A DNA stretch of 57,545 nt, taken from the IMG/VR virus record IMGVR_UViG_3300032285_005159, positions 1 to 57,545 of that record. One strand, 5' to 3'. Position 1 is the stretch's first letter; the number at the start of each line of letters is the position of its first letter. The notes below the pieces were generated by a model. That model saw only the letters and a program-made list of their open reading frames with translations. It was not told where the DNA came from and did no database searches. Both the position numbers and the translations under genes were made by a program. This document shows positions 42,339 through 50,073 of the stretch, one piece after another. Origin of the DNA: a virus (lineage: Duplodnaviria > Caudoviricetes).

Positions 42339-43499
42339 TTAACCACCCAACGCTTGGTTAATAGCGTCAACAAACGAACCGGACATACGCGGTGCTTGGC
42401 CAGTGCTGCTTGCAGAACCGCTTCCAGTTTTTGGGCTGGCCTTCTTAAACGACTCTAGTTCGTCCAACGCGTCCTCTAGCTCGGAGCGCAAGCTAGCAAA
42501 CTCACGCACGATTTTTGGCAGCATATCCCCAGCGATCTTTGAGTACACCTTGTTATGCAAGTCCAAGCCGTCGAAGTCAGTATCTCCAGCACGTTTTGCA
42601 ACGTTGCTAAAGTCCAAGTCTTCAATGGTTTTAAGGAAAGGAACTTTCGAAACGAGTTTGTCGTGAACTTGCTGAGCGGCTTGGTGCCTACGCTCGTAAG
42701 CCTTTGCAGACTCTTGCTTTGCGTTTTCAGCGTCAATTTGCTCGAGCTCGGCCAAAGCAGCCGAAGCGTTTTCTGCGAGCATTTGTTTACGCGCAACGAT
42801 TAGCGGTACCTGCTCAGCCAAAGCATAAATGGCAAGCTTGTCGCGTTCCTTAACGCCTTCAAGCAAGTTCTCCAAAGCATCGTCTTGCTGGTCCCGGTCC
42901 GAGTACGAAAGAGCCTCAATAAGCTCGTCCGAATCAATTCCGTACTTGCTGGCAATGCTATCAGCAGTTTCAACGATTTGTACCATTGGAGCTTGAACCT
43001 CGTTTTGGTAAGCCCGAGTTGATTCCAGCTTGGTAATGGCCAAAGCTTGCTCGTACTGAGCAATGGTTTGTTCGACCTCTTCAGTTTCCTTGGTTCGGGA
43101 CTGGAGTTCTTGGACGAGCCTTTCGCGTTCTTCCAGTTGTTGCCGGACCTGAGCGAGCTCGGTGTTTGCTTGCTTAAGCTCGGTCTTAATCTGCTTAAAG
43201 CGTCGGCCAGCTTTTCCACCGATTCCGTCTTCTTGGTCCTCGGTACTTTGCTCGGAAACCTCTTCATCGATTGGCAAGGTAGATTCGGGCTCGGTTCCTT
43301 CCTCGACTTGCGGAACATCTTCAATGTTTGAAGACTTTGGATCGTAAGGTTTTTCAGGCACAGATTCAATTTCTTGAACCTGATCTGGTTGGCTTACGTT
43401 TTCTGCGGCAGCAAACGCTGCTTCGATTGAGGAGAAGAAGTCGCCTCCACCTCCTTCTGACATTGCTGCTTCTGGAGCAGATTCGGTTACTTCACTCAT
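42339..43499 (-). CDS. Capsid scaffolding protein, 386 aa
   Basis: Acidic disordered N-terminus and long coiled coils, between portal and capsid genes. Confidence 0.7.
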   Translation of the reverse strand: MSEVTESAPEAAMSEGGGGDFFSSIEAAFAAAENVSQPDQVQEIESVPEKPYDPKSSNIEDVPQVEEGTEPESTLPIDEEVSEQSTEDQEDGIGGKAGRRFKQIKTELKQANTELAQVRQQLEERERLVQELQSRTKETEEVEQTIAQYEQALAITKLESTRAYQNEVQAPMVQIVETADSIASKYGIDSDELIEALSYSDRDQQDDALENLLEGVKERDKLAIYALAEQVPLIVARKQMLAENASAALAELEQIDAENAKQESAKAYERRHQAAQQVHDKLVSKVPFLKTIEDLDFSNVAKRAGDTDFDGLDLHNKVYSKIAGDMLPKIVREFASLRSELEDALDELESFKKASPKTGSGSASSTGQAPRMSGSFVDAINQALGG

Positions 43500-43831
43500 A
43501 GTGTTAGGTTATCGTTAGGTTGTACGTAGCTCCACTCATCTTCCTGCGATTTGTCTACAGGCAAGACAGTCAAACGGCTTAAAGCATCTATAAAATCACA
43601 GTATCCAGCAAGGTACGCGTGGTTAATTGCTAGGGCATGATCGTCAGAAGAACTGAGATTAGATCCAGTTGGCATTGCCATGTGACGCACAAGCGCACAC
43701 GCCAACATAAACGAAGGATTCGAAAAGATCTTTCGAAGCTCGTCAACGTTTTGTAAGTTTGAAAACCAGTGCTGGACTGGTACCGGAACGGCCACGCCCA
43801 GCGAGCTGGTGCGCTTTTTTTGTACTGGCAT
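43496..43831 (-). CDS. Hypothetical head-region protein, 111 aa
   Basis: Between portal and scaffold genes. Confidence 0.6.
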   Translation of the reverse strand: MPVQKKRTSSLGVAVPVPVQHWFSNLQNVDELRKIFSNPSFMLACALVRHMAMPTGSNLSSSDDHALAINHAYLAGYCDFIDALSRLTVLPVDKSQEDEWSYVQPNDNLTL

Positions 43832-43846
43832 AATTTACTTTGAATT

Positions 43847-46081
43847 TTAACCTTGCAAGCTCGAGGCCATTTTAGCGTCCGCCAAAGCTCGCTCTTGCGA
43901 AGCCTTTGCAGCTCGAATTTGCAGTTCTAATTCGCCTTTTTTCTTAAGAAAGTCAAGCTTTAATTGCTGTTCCAGCATTTTTAGGTCGGTTGGGTTCTGA
44001 CCTTCAGGTGCTTGTTGCGGCTGTTGCTGGCCGTCCTTTTGCTGTTTTTGTGCAGCGCGGGTAGCGTTAAGAATCTTTTGCCCGGTTTGCTGCAACACTT
44101 CTTGCGTTTGTGCCACAATAGTAGCGGCTGTTGGGTCCTGAGCCAACTGTTGCAAGTGCTGTGAAGCATGATCGTTAAGTGCTTGCAAGGCTGGCAAGGT
44201 CTGTACAAGGTCAGCTTCGCCAGAATCAATTGCGGCGGTAAGCTGAACCAACAACGGCAAGTGCTGGCCAAGATGCGTTTCATGCATTTCACCGGGTTGT
44301 ACAGAAACAGGGTGCCCCGTTTGGAGTACGCTATTCTCGAGCTCAGCAACTTTAAGGTCCTGCGGAGGACGAGGAGCTTCTGGGCTTTGCACGTAACGGC
44401 TTGCGTTTTCGTAACCTACCCGTGCGGCAATTCGGTCGTAAACAATGTTGCGTTTGCCGACCTCGTCAAGCATAGGCATAAGAACTTCCAAGTCACCCAA
44501 GGCCGCGCTTCGGCTGCTTGCGTTGCCGTAACCAACGGCTTTGGTTGCAATGGTTTTGCTGAAGTCCAAAGTCTTAATAGCTAGCGTTTCAACTCCACGG
44601 TTTGCACAGCGGCGGTAAAAGTCACGCACGGCCAAATCGGACTTCGGTCCATTTACAATGCGGCGAACAACCTCGCGCAACAACCTGCGCCAGCTCGAGT
44701 AGAACTGGTTAATTTGTGCGGACGTAAGGCGCGTTGCTTGTTCTAGCTCGGCCTGAACTTGTTGCTTGCTACGGTACGCGCCGCCGCCTTCTGCACCCGC
44801 GCTGGTAAAGAAGTCCAAGTTCTGCTTTAGCTGGCCTTGGAGGTTTTCAAGTGCGGGCCCAACCGTTGTGGCAATGTTGGGTACGCCCTTTTCAATGACC
44901 TTGAAGTTTGGTGGTAGAACCGAGTACGGGCCGTAAAAGGTAAGGCTAAGATCGTTTAGGGCCCTTGGAGTTTCGGGCGCAAGCATAATTGAACTAGAAA
45001 GCATTGCCGAGTCAATAAGCTGGCACTGCAAACGGTTGCTTGTTTGTACGTGGTTGTAGATCCGGTGGCCCAATCCACGGATTGAGTGGTACGTTCCGTT
45101 TGTTCCTACCCCGTACGTAAACAAAAGGTAAGCTTGCTCTGGGTTGTCGAATCGGCTTGTGCCTTGGTGCAGGAAAGCTTTTGGGCTGTGCTCGGCAAAG
45201 CTAAAGTTCGAAACGGAACCGTCGAACTCGCGGACCCACAGGTTCACAACGTTTACTACGTTTGCGCGGATTCCAGTATAAAGGTCGTTATTTTTAAGCT
45301 CGCGCTGCACGTCTTCCCAGTCCGTAAATTGCCGGGCCGAGTTCTGGGTAGTTGCGGTTTTAATTACGCGGCGAACCTCTTCAACGTCCCAACCGTTTTG
45401 TGCGGCTACCGTTTCGTTTTCAATGAAGCTGTAAAGCTCGTGCACCATGTAAGCCCGGCGAGCGCAAGCAACTTCCACCGAGTGCTCGCTAGCTTGGGTT
45501 TGGCGCGGAATAAGGTAATCGCTTAGACCGCAAGCACGGAACCGGAAATTGAATTCGTCTTCGAAGTACGTAACGCCTACCCCGTGCATTAGGAACTGGT
45601 TTACCAAGCGCAAGTAAGTTCCGTAGAACTCGGGCCAGTTGCGCAGGGTTCGGGTAAGCTCTTCAGCAATTACGCCGTCGTTGTGCATACGGTCGCCCGG
45701 CTCGCCCAACGTCGTTTCGACCTGAACCAAGTTGTCAACCGAGTCAATAAGGTCAACGTAACCGCTAGCTGCAATGTCCAAGAAACGGCCAGCCTCACCG
45801 AAGTTTAGGTTGCAACGGCTTCCTTGGTTCGTTGACTTTAGCACGGCTGGGTCGTAAGGCGGTGCGCCGTCGAACATTGCTTGGATCCGGCTACGGTTAA
45901 CGTTGGCCTTTTCGTCGGCGCGGAGCAGGGCTTGGAAAATACCTACGGCCGCGTTAACGTCGGCCAAGCGGCTGCCCTTTGGCGGACGGCCCAAATCGTC
46001 CAAGTTCAAAAGCTCGATCTCGGTTAGCCCGTGCTGGGCTTGAGCTTGCTTGTTTCGTTCGAACGTTGTTGGGATCGGCAC
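43847..46081 (-). CDS. Portal protein, 744 aa
   Basis: Size, helical composition, Gln-rich coiled C-terminus (P22-like barrel); first gene of the head operon. Confidence 0.75.
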   Translation of the reverse strand: MPIPTTFERNKQAQAQHGLTEIELLNLDDLGRPPKGSRLADVNAAVGIFQALLRADEKANVNRSRIQAMFDGAPPYDPAVLKSTNQGSRCNLNFGEAGRFLDIAASGYVDLIDSVDNLVQVETTLGEPGDRMHNDGVIAEELTRTLRNWPEFYGTYLRLVNQFLMHGVGVTYFEDEFNFRFRACGLSDYLIPRQTQASEHSVEVACARRAYMVHELYSFIENETVAAQNGWDVEEVRRVIKTATTQNSARQFTDWEDVQRELKNNDLYTGIRANVVNVVNLWVREFDGSVSNFSFAEHSPKAFLHQGTSRFDNPEQAYLLFTYGVGTNGTYHSIRGLGHRIYNHVQTSNRLQCQLIDSAMLSSSIMLAPETPRALNDLSLTFYGPYSVLPPNFKVIEKGVPNIATTVGPALENLQGQLKQNLDFFTSAGAEGGGAYRSKQQVQAELEQATRLTSAQINQFYSSWRRLLREVVRRIVNGPKSDLAVRDFYRRCANRGVETLAIKTLDFSKTIATKAVGYGNASSRSAALGDLEVLMPMLDEVGKRNIVYDRIAARVGYENASRYVQSPEAPRPPQDLKVAELENSVLQTGHPVSVQPGEMHETHLGQHLPLLVQLTAAIDSGEADLVQTLPALQALNDHASQHLQQLAQDPTAATIVAQTQEVLQQTGQKILNATRAAQKQQKDGQQQPQQAPEGQNPTDLKMLEQQLKLDFLKKKGELELQIRAAKASQERALADAKMASSLQG

Positions 46082-46088
46082 AGCGCAA

Positions 46089-46118
46089 AAAGTACCTGAT
46101 TCTAGTACCGAGAGTCAA
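46089..46118 (-). promoter_or_regulatory. Portal promoter (leaderless geometry)
   Basis: TTGACT-N18-TACTTT, ending 7 nt before the GTG at 46081. Confidence 0.55.
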
Positions 46119-46269
46119 GCTTATTTTTCAAGAAAGGTGACTTAGCGCAAAAAGGTACCCTTAACGAGCTTGAATAACCTTTGACACTAAATCACCTTAC
46201 TTTTGGTTTCAAACGCGTTGGCGACCCCTTATAGGCTCAAAGAAGGGTACGTGAGTCCTGTTTCGTGAT

Positions 46270-46734
46270 TCAAATTCCTTTCTGGCCCGGAGCGAGGCTA
46301 GCTAGCCGGGTAAGAGCTGCACGAGTCAAGGTGCGTCTGCGGCCCTTGCGGTCGTACAGCACAAACCTTTCAGTTTTTGCCGATACGTCTAAGTTCAGCT
46401 TGTTAAGGATTCCGCTTGGCTTTAGGCAGTAAGGCTGGCCGCTAGCATCAACAAAGTAAGTCACGAATCCGGATAAGGGTTCAAGGCTCGGGATGAGCTC
46501 TTGGTCGTCTAGTGCGCGAACTAGCGAACGGCGCAGTACGCTTGTGCGTCGGCCGTTCTGGTCGTATAGCTTAAAAGCCTCTTCGCCGTTCGGGGTCGTA
46601 AAGCGAGTTACGGTAAGGCTGCCGGACTTGGGTCCGCGCCGGATCGTGTTCTTGCGGTACGGTTGCCCGGTCTGGTCAAACGAGTAGTCAGGGAATCGAG
46701 CGAGCTCGAGAGTTGGTTGTTCTGGTGTTTCCAT
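46270..46734 (-). CDS. Protein with two tandem NUMOD4-like repeats, 154 aa
   Basis: FPDYSFDQTGQPY...FKLYDQNGRR vs FVTYFVDASGQPY...FVLYDRKGRR. Confidence 0.55.
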   Translation of the reverse strand: METPEQPTLELARFPDYSFDQTGQPYRKNTIRRGPKSGSLTVTRFTTPNGEEAFKLYDQNGRRTSVLRRSLVRALDDQELIPSLEPLSGFVTYFVDASGQPYCLKPSGILNKLNLDVSAKTERFVLYDRKGRRRTLTRAALTRLASLAPGQKGI

Positions 46735-46779
46735 AAGTCGCGAAATGTCTTAACGCGAGTTGCGGCCGCCGTCAAGTAA

Positions 46780-46995
46780 AAACTGTCTACCCCATACCCT
46801 CTTATATAATCTTTTTTCTAGACATGGTCAAAGTTAACGTACTGGACAGTTTTAGACTTTATTGTAACAATGTAACTTTTATTGAAAAATCAATGAGTTA
46901 TACAAATAACTGTCTACAACAAATGTCCATTATGTTCGCAAATCACTTTTTTTTTGAAATACTTTTCAAAGTGGTAGGTGTGGATGAAGACAGTT
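46780..46995. repeat. 216-bp dispersed repeat, copy 2
   Basis: Same orientation and length as 13095-13310; AATCAATGAGTTA (46888-46900) fits the IHF consensus; extra AACTGTCTA at 46998. Confidence 0.9.
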
Positions 46996-47060
46996 TTAAC
47001 TGTCTAATACCGCACTTTAGGTGTTCAAGTGAACTATACGGCCTAACAGCGTTTCCGCTA

Positions 47061-47360
47061 CTATTTAGTGTCTAGTACCCGCAACACGCGGTCCCACGCT
47101 GGCCAGAAAATATTGTCTAGCGCACGCACAACTGACTCTTGTTCGTACTGCTCGCTCCAGCCGACCCCGCTAATAAGTAACGACGCTTCGACCAGCTCGT
47201 GCCGTAAAGTCTCGCGCAAAGCAACTGGATCGCGCAACAAGTCCACGTTTAACTCGATCCGCATTTTATCGTATAAGAACTGCCCGTACGTGTCCTCAAG
47301 TTCTTTAACCTGAACCTTGACTCGTGTACCGCCCACCATTATTGACTTAGGAATTTTCAT
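47061..47360 (-). CDS. Small zincin-like protein (HExxE variant)
   Basis: IPKSIMVGG...YGQF...IEL...ETLRHELVEA...EQESVV. Confidence 0.6.
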   Translation of the reverse strand: MKIPKSIMVGGTRVKVQVKELEDTYGQFLYDKMRIELNVDLLRDPVALRETLRHELVEASLLISGVGWSEQYEQESVVRALDNIFWPAWDRVLRVLDTK

Positions 47361-47974
47361 AAGAATTTCTTCGATATTATGTGAACTCGGTCCAAAAAGT
47401 CGTGCAAATCGCTGGTTCCCTTGGCGTAATTGCAAGTAATACAGCACGGAACACAGTTGTCGTACGTATAACCTAGCTTGTTTTGTAGTCGATCAATGCC
47501 CCAAGTCTTGTCTTCCGCTGGAGTTTCGCCGCAGAAAAAGCAAGGTTTCTCGAAAAACTCAAGCAATTCGTCTCGGCTTAAGTCGTGAACTAAGCCCCTG
47601 CCCTTGGCGGACGACCTATTCGCTGCCGCCCACACCTTAAAACGGGTATCGCGGTCGTTGCCCAACGCCTTTCTATACCGTTTTAGGTGCGCGTTTGCAG
47701 GTCTTTTCCTTTCGTTGTACCCCTTAATTTTGCTAACGCTGGTAAAAAATAGCCCACCAATTGAGCTCCGACTGTACGAGTAGAATACCTTGCTTCCAAT
47801 AGCCTCGTAACGCCTAAACTTCGCGTCCGGGTTCTGATCCACCCACGCGCGAAGTTGCTGCCACTGCAAGTCTGACAATGCTTTGGATCCGGGCACAGCG
47901 AACCCCGCCCGTCTATGCGCCTTGATTTTTGCTTCTACGTCCAATTCGCTGCAATTAAAGCACACCAACGTCAA
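47357..47974 (-). CDS. HNH endonuclease (start uncertain)
   Basis: PCFFCG...GIDRLQNKLGYTYDNCVPCCITCNYAKG. Confidence 0.8.
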   Translation of the reverse strand: MTLVCFNCSELDVEAKIKAHRRAGFAVPGSKALSDLQWQQLRAWVDQNPDAKFRRYEAIGSKVFYSYSRSSIGGLFFTSVSKIKGYNERKRPANAHLKRYRKALGNDRDTRFKVWAAANRSSAKGRGLVHDLSRDELLEFFEKPCFFCGETPAEDKTWGIDRLQNKLGYTYDNCVPCCITCNYAKGTSDLHDFLDRVHIISKKFL

Positions 47975-48444
47975 GTTCTAAAGAGAAATTTTTTTTGCAA
48001 GGGTGTATATATAATATATAGAGTCGAAAAAAAAATCTACCACCCCCCAGTAGCCCCACCATGCACGCTGATGCCCGCTCCAAAAATCCACCCGAACGGA
48101 CCCAAACCACCTCGAATCCGCACCTTGTACCTTGAATCTTGCCTCCAGCACCTTGGTTCTAGCTCCATAACTCATTGAACTTGAAGCACTTGCAACATAC
48201 AACTTGTAACAACATACATAATACGGAACGTGGTTTCTTTGGCAATTCAAACGGTTGTTTGAAACAGGTGCTTGATGCAGGGTTCACGGCCGCGCGGGCT
48301 TGTGGCCGTGGGGATCCAGAATGGCCGTGGTGCTCTGCTATTACACGCAACGTGATTCGTGGATCTTGCAACGTGAATCTTGAACCCAGCACCGTACACC
48401 CAAGCCGCACGGTACACTTGCTTGGTACACGGTTCACGGTGGGT

Positions 48445-48539
48445 GTACTATGGTTCTAGTACTACGAACCTAGTACTACGGATCTAGTACTACAAACCTA
48501 GTACCTGTTAGAATAATCTAACAACATCTAACAGGTACT
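48445..48539. repeat. Four 14-bp tandem repeats followed by a 13-bp inverted repeat
   Basis: GTACTAtggttCTA, GTACTAcgaacCTA, GTACTAcggatCTA, GTACTAcaaacCTA; then AGTACCTGTTAGA...TCTAACAGGTACT. Confidence 0.85.
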
Positions 48540-48654
48540 TTCCAACACCCAAACCTTGCCCGTTTTTCTAACAATTTAAAAAAAGTTTTGGCCCTGCAAC
48601 CCGCATAAAACCTAGGAAAACTGACTTTCTTGCCCCGCCGCCAAAAAAAAGTTG

Positions 48655-48715
48655 TAGACAGTTTCGGTGGGCCGTGTAGCTTGTGGTCGTTGCTGACAGC
48701 GGCAACCAACCAACC
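48655..48715 (+). promoter_or_regulatory. Early promoter, 5' hairpin and AACC-repeat initiation region
   Basis: A-tract, TAGACA-N16-TAGCTT, hairpin GTTGCTG/CGGCAAC, then CAACCAACCATG. Confidence 0.5.
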
Positions 48716-48892
48716 ATGAAAACACCAACACCAAAACCAACAGACGCCACTCACGTCAGCGGCGGGCGTTTCTTCAGAGTCACCAAGATTCAAGGCTCAC
48801 GGGTGTGGGCCTGCAAGTGGATCAAGTCCACTAACCGGTGGTCCAGACCACAGGAGTATATCAACTTTAACGTGGCGGGAGGTGACGCGTGA
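48716..48892 (+). CDS. First early protein, 58 aa
   Basis: MKTPTPKP after AACCAACC; GTGA overlap with the next gene. Confidence 0.6.
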   Translation: MKTPTPKPTDATHVSGGRFFRVTKIQGSRVWACKWIKSTNRWSRPQEYINFNVAGGDA

Positions 48893-49395
48893 GTTACGCC
48901 TCAAGAAAATGGGCGGCTGGACAAGCCGCCCGTGATGCCGCTCAAGCAGAGCGGTACGCAAGGCAGCCATCCATACCTGCCATTGACTACGTGGCTTTGG
49001 CTAATACCCAAAGCGAGGCCGAAGCCAAAGCCAAGGCCGACGCAGAGGCTAGGCTCCTGTGGGAGCAAAGCCCAGAAGGCTTGGCCCATTTCGCGGCCTT
49101 AAGAGCAGAGGTTGCCGAGGCCAAAGCCAAGGCCGAAGCCGTTGCCGCAGACAACGCGGCGGCTATTTTAGCCCTCGAAAAATTGCTCCCCTTAACTGTG
49201 GAGCAAGTGGAATCACTCCCCCACCACAAACAGGAGCTAACTGATTGCGTCTGCCCCAAGTACGGGGCAGTAATCAAGAGCCACAAGGCTCCCAGCCGCT
49301 ACGGCCACGGGAACTGCACCTATTCGTGGGTTGCAGTGGTTTCGCTCGATAAAATAACAAGTGCGGCGGTAGCTTCGCTGAAACCAACCGCCTGA
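48889..49395 (+). CDS. Early hypothetical protein, 168 aa
   Basis: Ala-rich ORF whose TGA stop is part of hammerhead 1. Confidence 0.7.
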   Translation: MSYASRKWAAGQAARDAAQAERYARQPSIPAIDYVALANTQSEAEAKAKADAEARLLWEQSPEGLAHFAALRAEVAEAKAKAEAVAADNAAAILALEKLLPLTVEQVESLPHHKQELTDCVCPKYGAVIKSHKAPSRYGHGNCTYSWVAVVSLDKITSAAVASLKPTA

Positions 49396-49439
49396 TGAGG
49401 ATCTCCGGCGGGAGATCGAAACGCCGAAAGGCGTCGCGG
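49388..49439 (+). ncRNA. Hammerhead ribozyme 1 (type I topology)
   Basis: Stem I CCGC/GCGG, CUGAUGA+G, stem II GAUCUCC-GGCG-GGAGAUC, GAAA, stem III CGCC-GAAA-GGCG, GUC cleavage triplet (cut after 49435). Confidence 0.9.
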
Positions 49440-49468
49440 ACGCAAACAATAGTCCCAACCAACCAACT

Positions 49469-49804
49469 ATGAACAAAGAAATCGACCTGAATATCGGGTT
49501 GGCCATTGGCCAGCAAAACAACGCGCTTACCAGTAGTCGCGTAAACCACGAGCTCCAGCTCTTGGGGCTCGTACAGGGTAAAAACAGGATCGCCCAAAGC
49601 GGCACCGAAACAACCTACGTTGTACGGTGCCAAGACTTGGGCGGGGCACCCATTGCGGAAAGGATCCACAAGCTGGCCGCAAGGCTCCAGCAGGACTGCA
49701 TTGCGGCTGTGCCGCGTTGCGGGGCTCCACCGTTCTTGGTGGGACCCGACGCCCACAAGTGGGGCGGGTGCTTCTTGGCCGCCCACTGGTTAAGCCTTGA
49801 CTAA
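49469..49804 (+). CDS. SAM lyase-like early protein (T3 gp0.3-related, tentative)
   Basis: TETTYVVRCQD...LAARLQQDCIA resembles the T3 SAMase segment TEEKTVRVRCKD...LACNEWEQDCVL as I recall it. Confidence 0.45.
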   Translation: MNKEIDLNIGLAIGQQNNALTSSRVNHELQLLGLVQGKNRIAQSGTETTYVVRCQDLGGAPIAERIHKLAARLQQDCIAAVPRCGAPPFLVGPDAHKWGGCFLAAHWLSLD

Positions 49805-49805
49805 C

Positions 49806-49856
49806 CCGCCTGATGATGGCCCCTTGCAAGGGCCGAAACGCCGAAAGGCGTCGCGG
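49806..49856 (+). ncRNA. Hammerhead ribozyme 2
   Basis: CCGC, CUGAUGA+U, GGCCC-CUUGCAA-GGGCC, GAAA, CGCC-GAAA-GGCG, UC, GCGG (cut after 49852). Confidence 0.9.
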
Positions 49857-49885
49857 ACGCAAACAATAGTCCCAACCAACTAACC

Positions 49886-50056
49886 ATGACCACTGAAACA
49901 ATAGATTGCACCCCAACGTGGGAGTTCGCCGCCACCGTTTACATCGCCGTACTCCAGAACCCAGAGGCTAGCTTCGAGGCCATTACAGCCGCCAAGGGCG
50001 AGCTTTTGCTGTTAGCTCGCACCGTGGACCAACTCAACTCCAACCAAGAACCTTGA
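49886..50056 (+). CDS. Early protein, 56 aa (below ORF-track cutoff)
   Basis: MTTETIDCTPTWEFAATVYIAVLQNP...; start follows hammerhead 2 and an AACC leader. Confidence 0.7.
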   Translation: MTTETIDCTPTWEFAATVYIAVLQNPEASFEAITAAKGELLLLARTVDQLNSNQEP

Positions 50057-50073
50057 ACCTTGAACCAACTACC

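Noticed and set aside
47978-48793. ORF-track proteins in the periodic repeat region
   Set aside because: Low-complexity translations of 7/14-bp repeats, with no initiation context or recognisable motifs.
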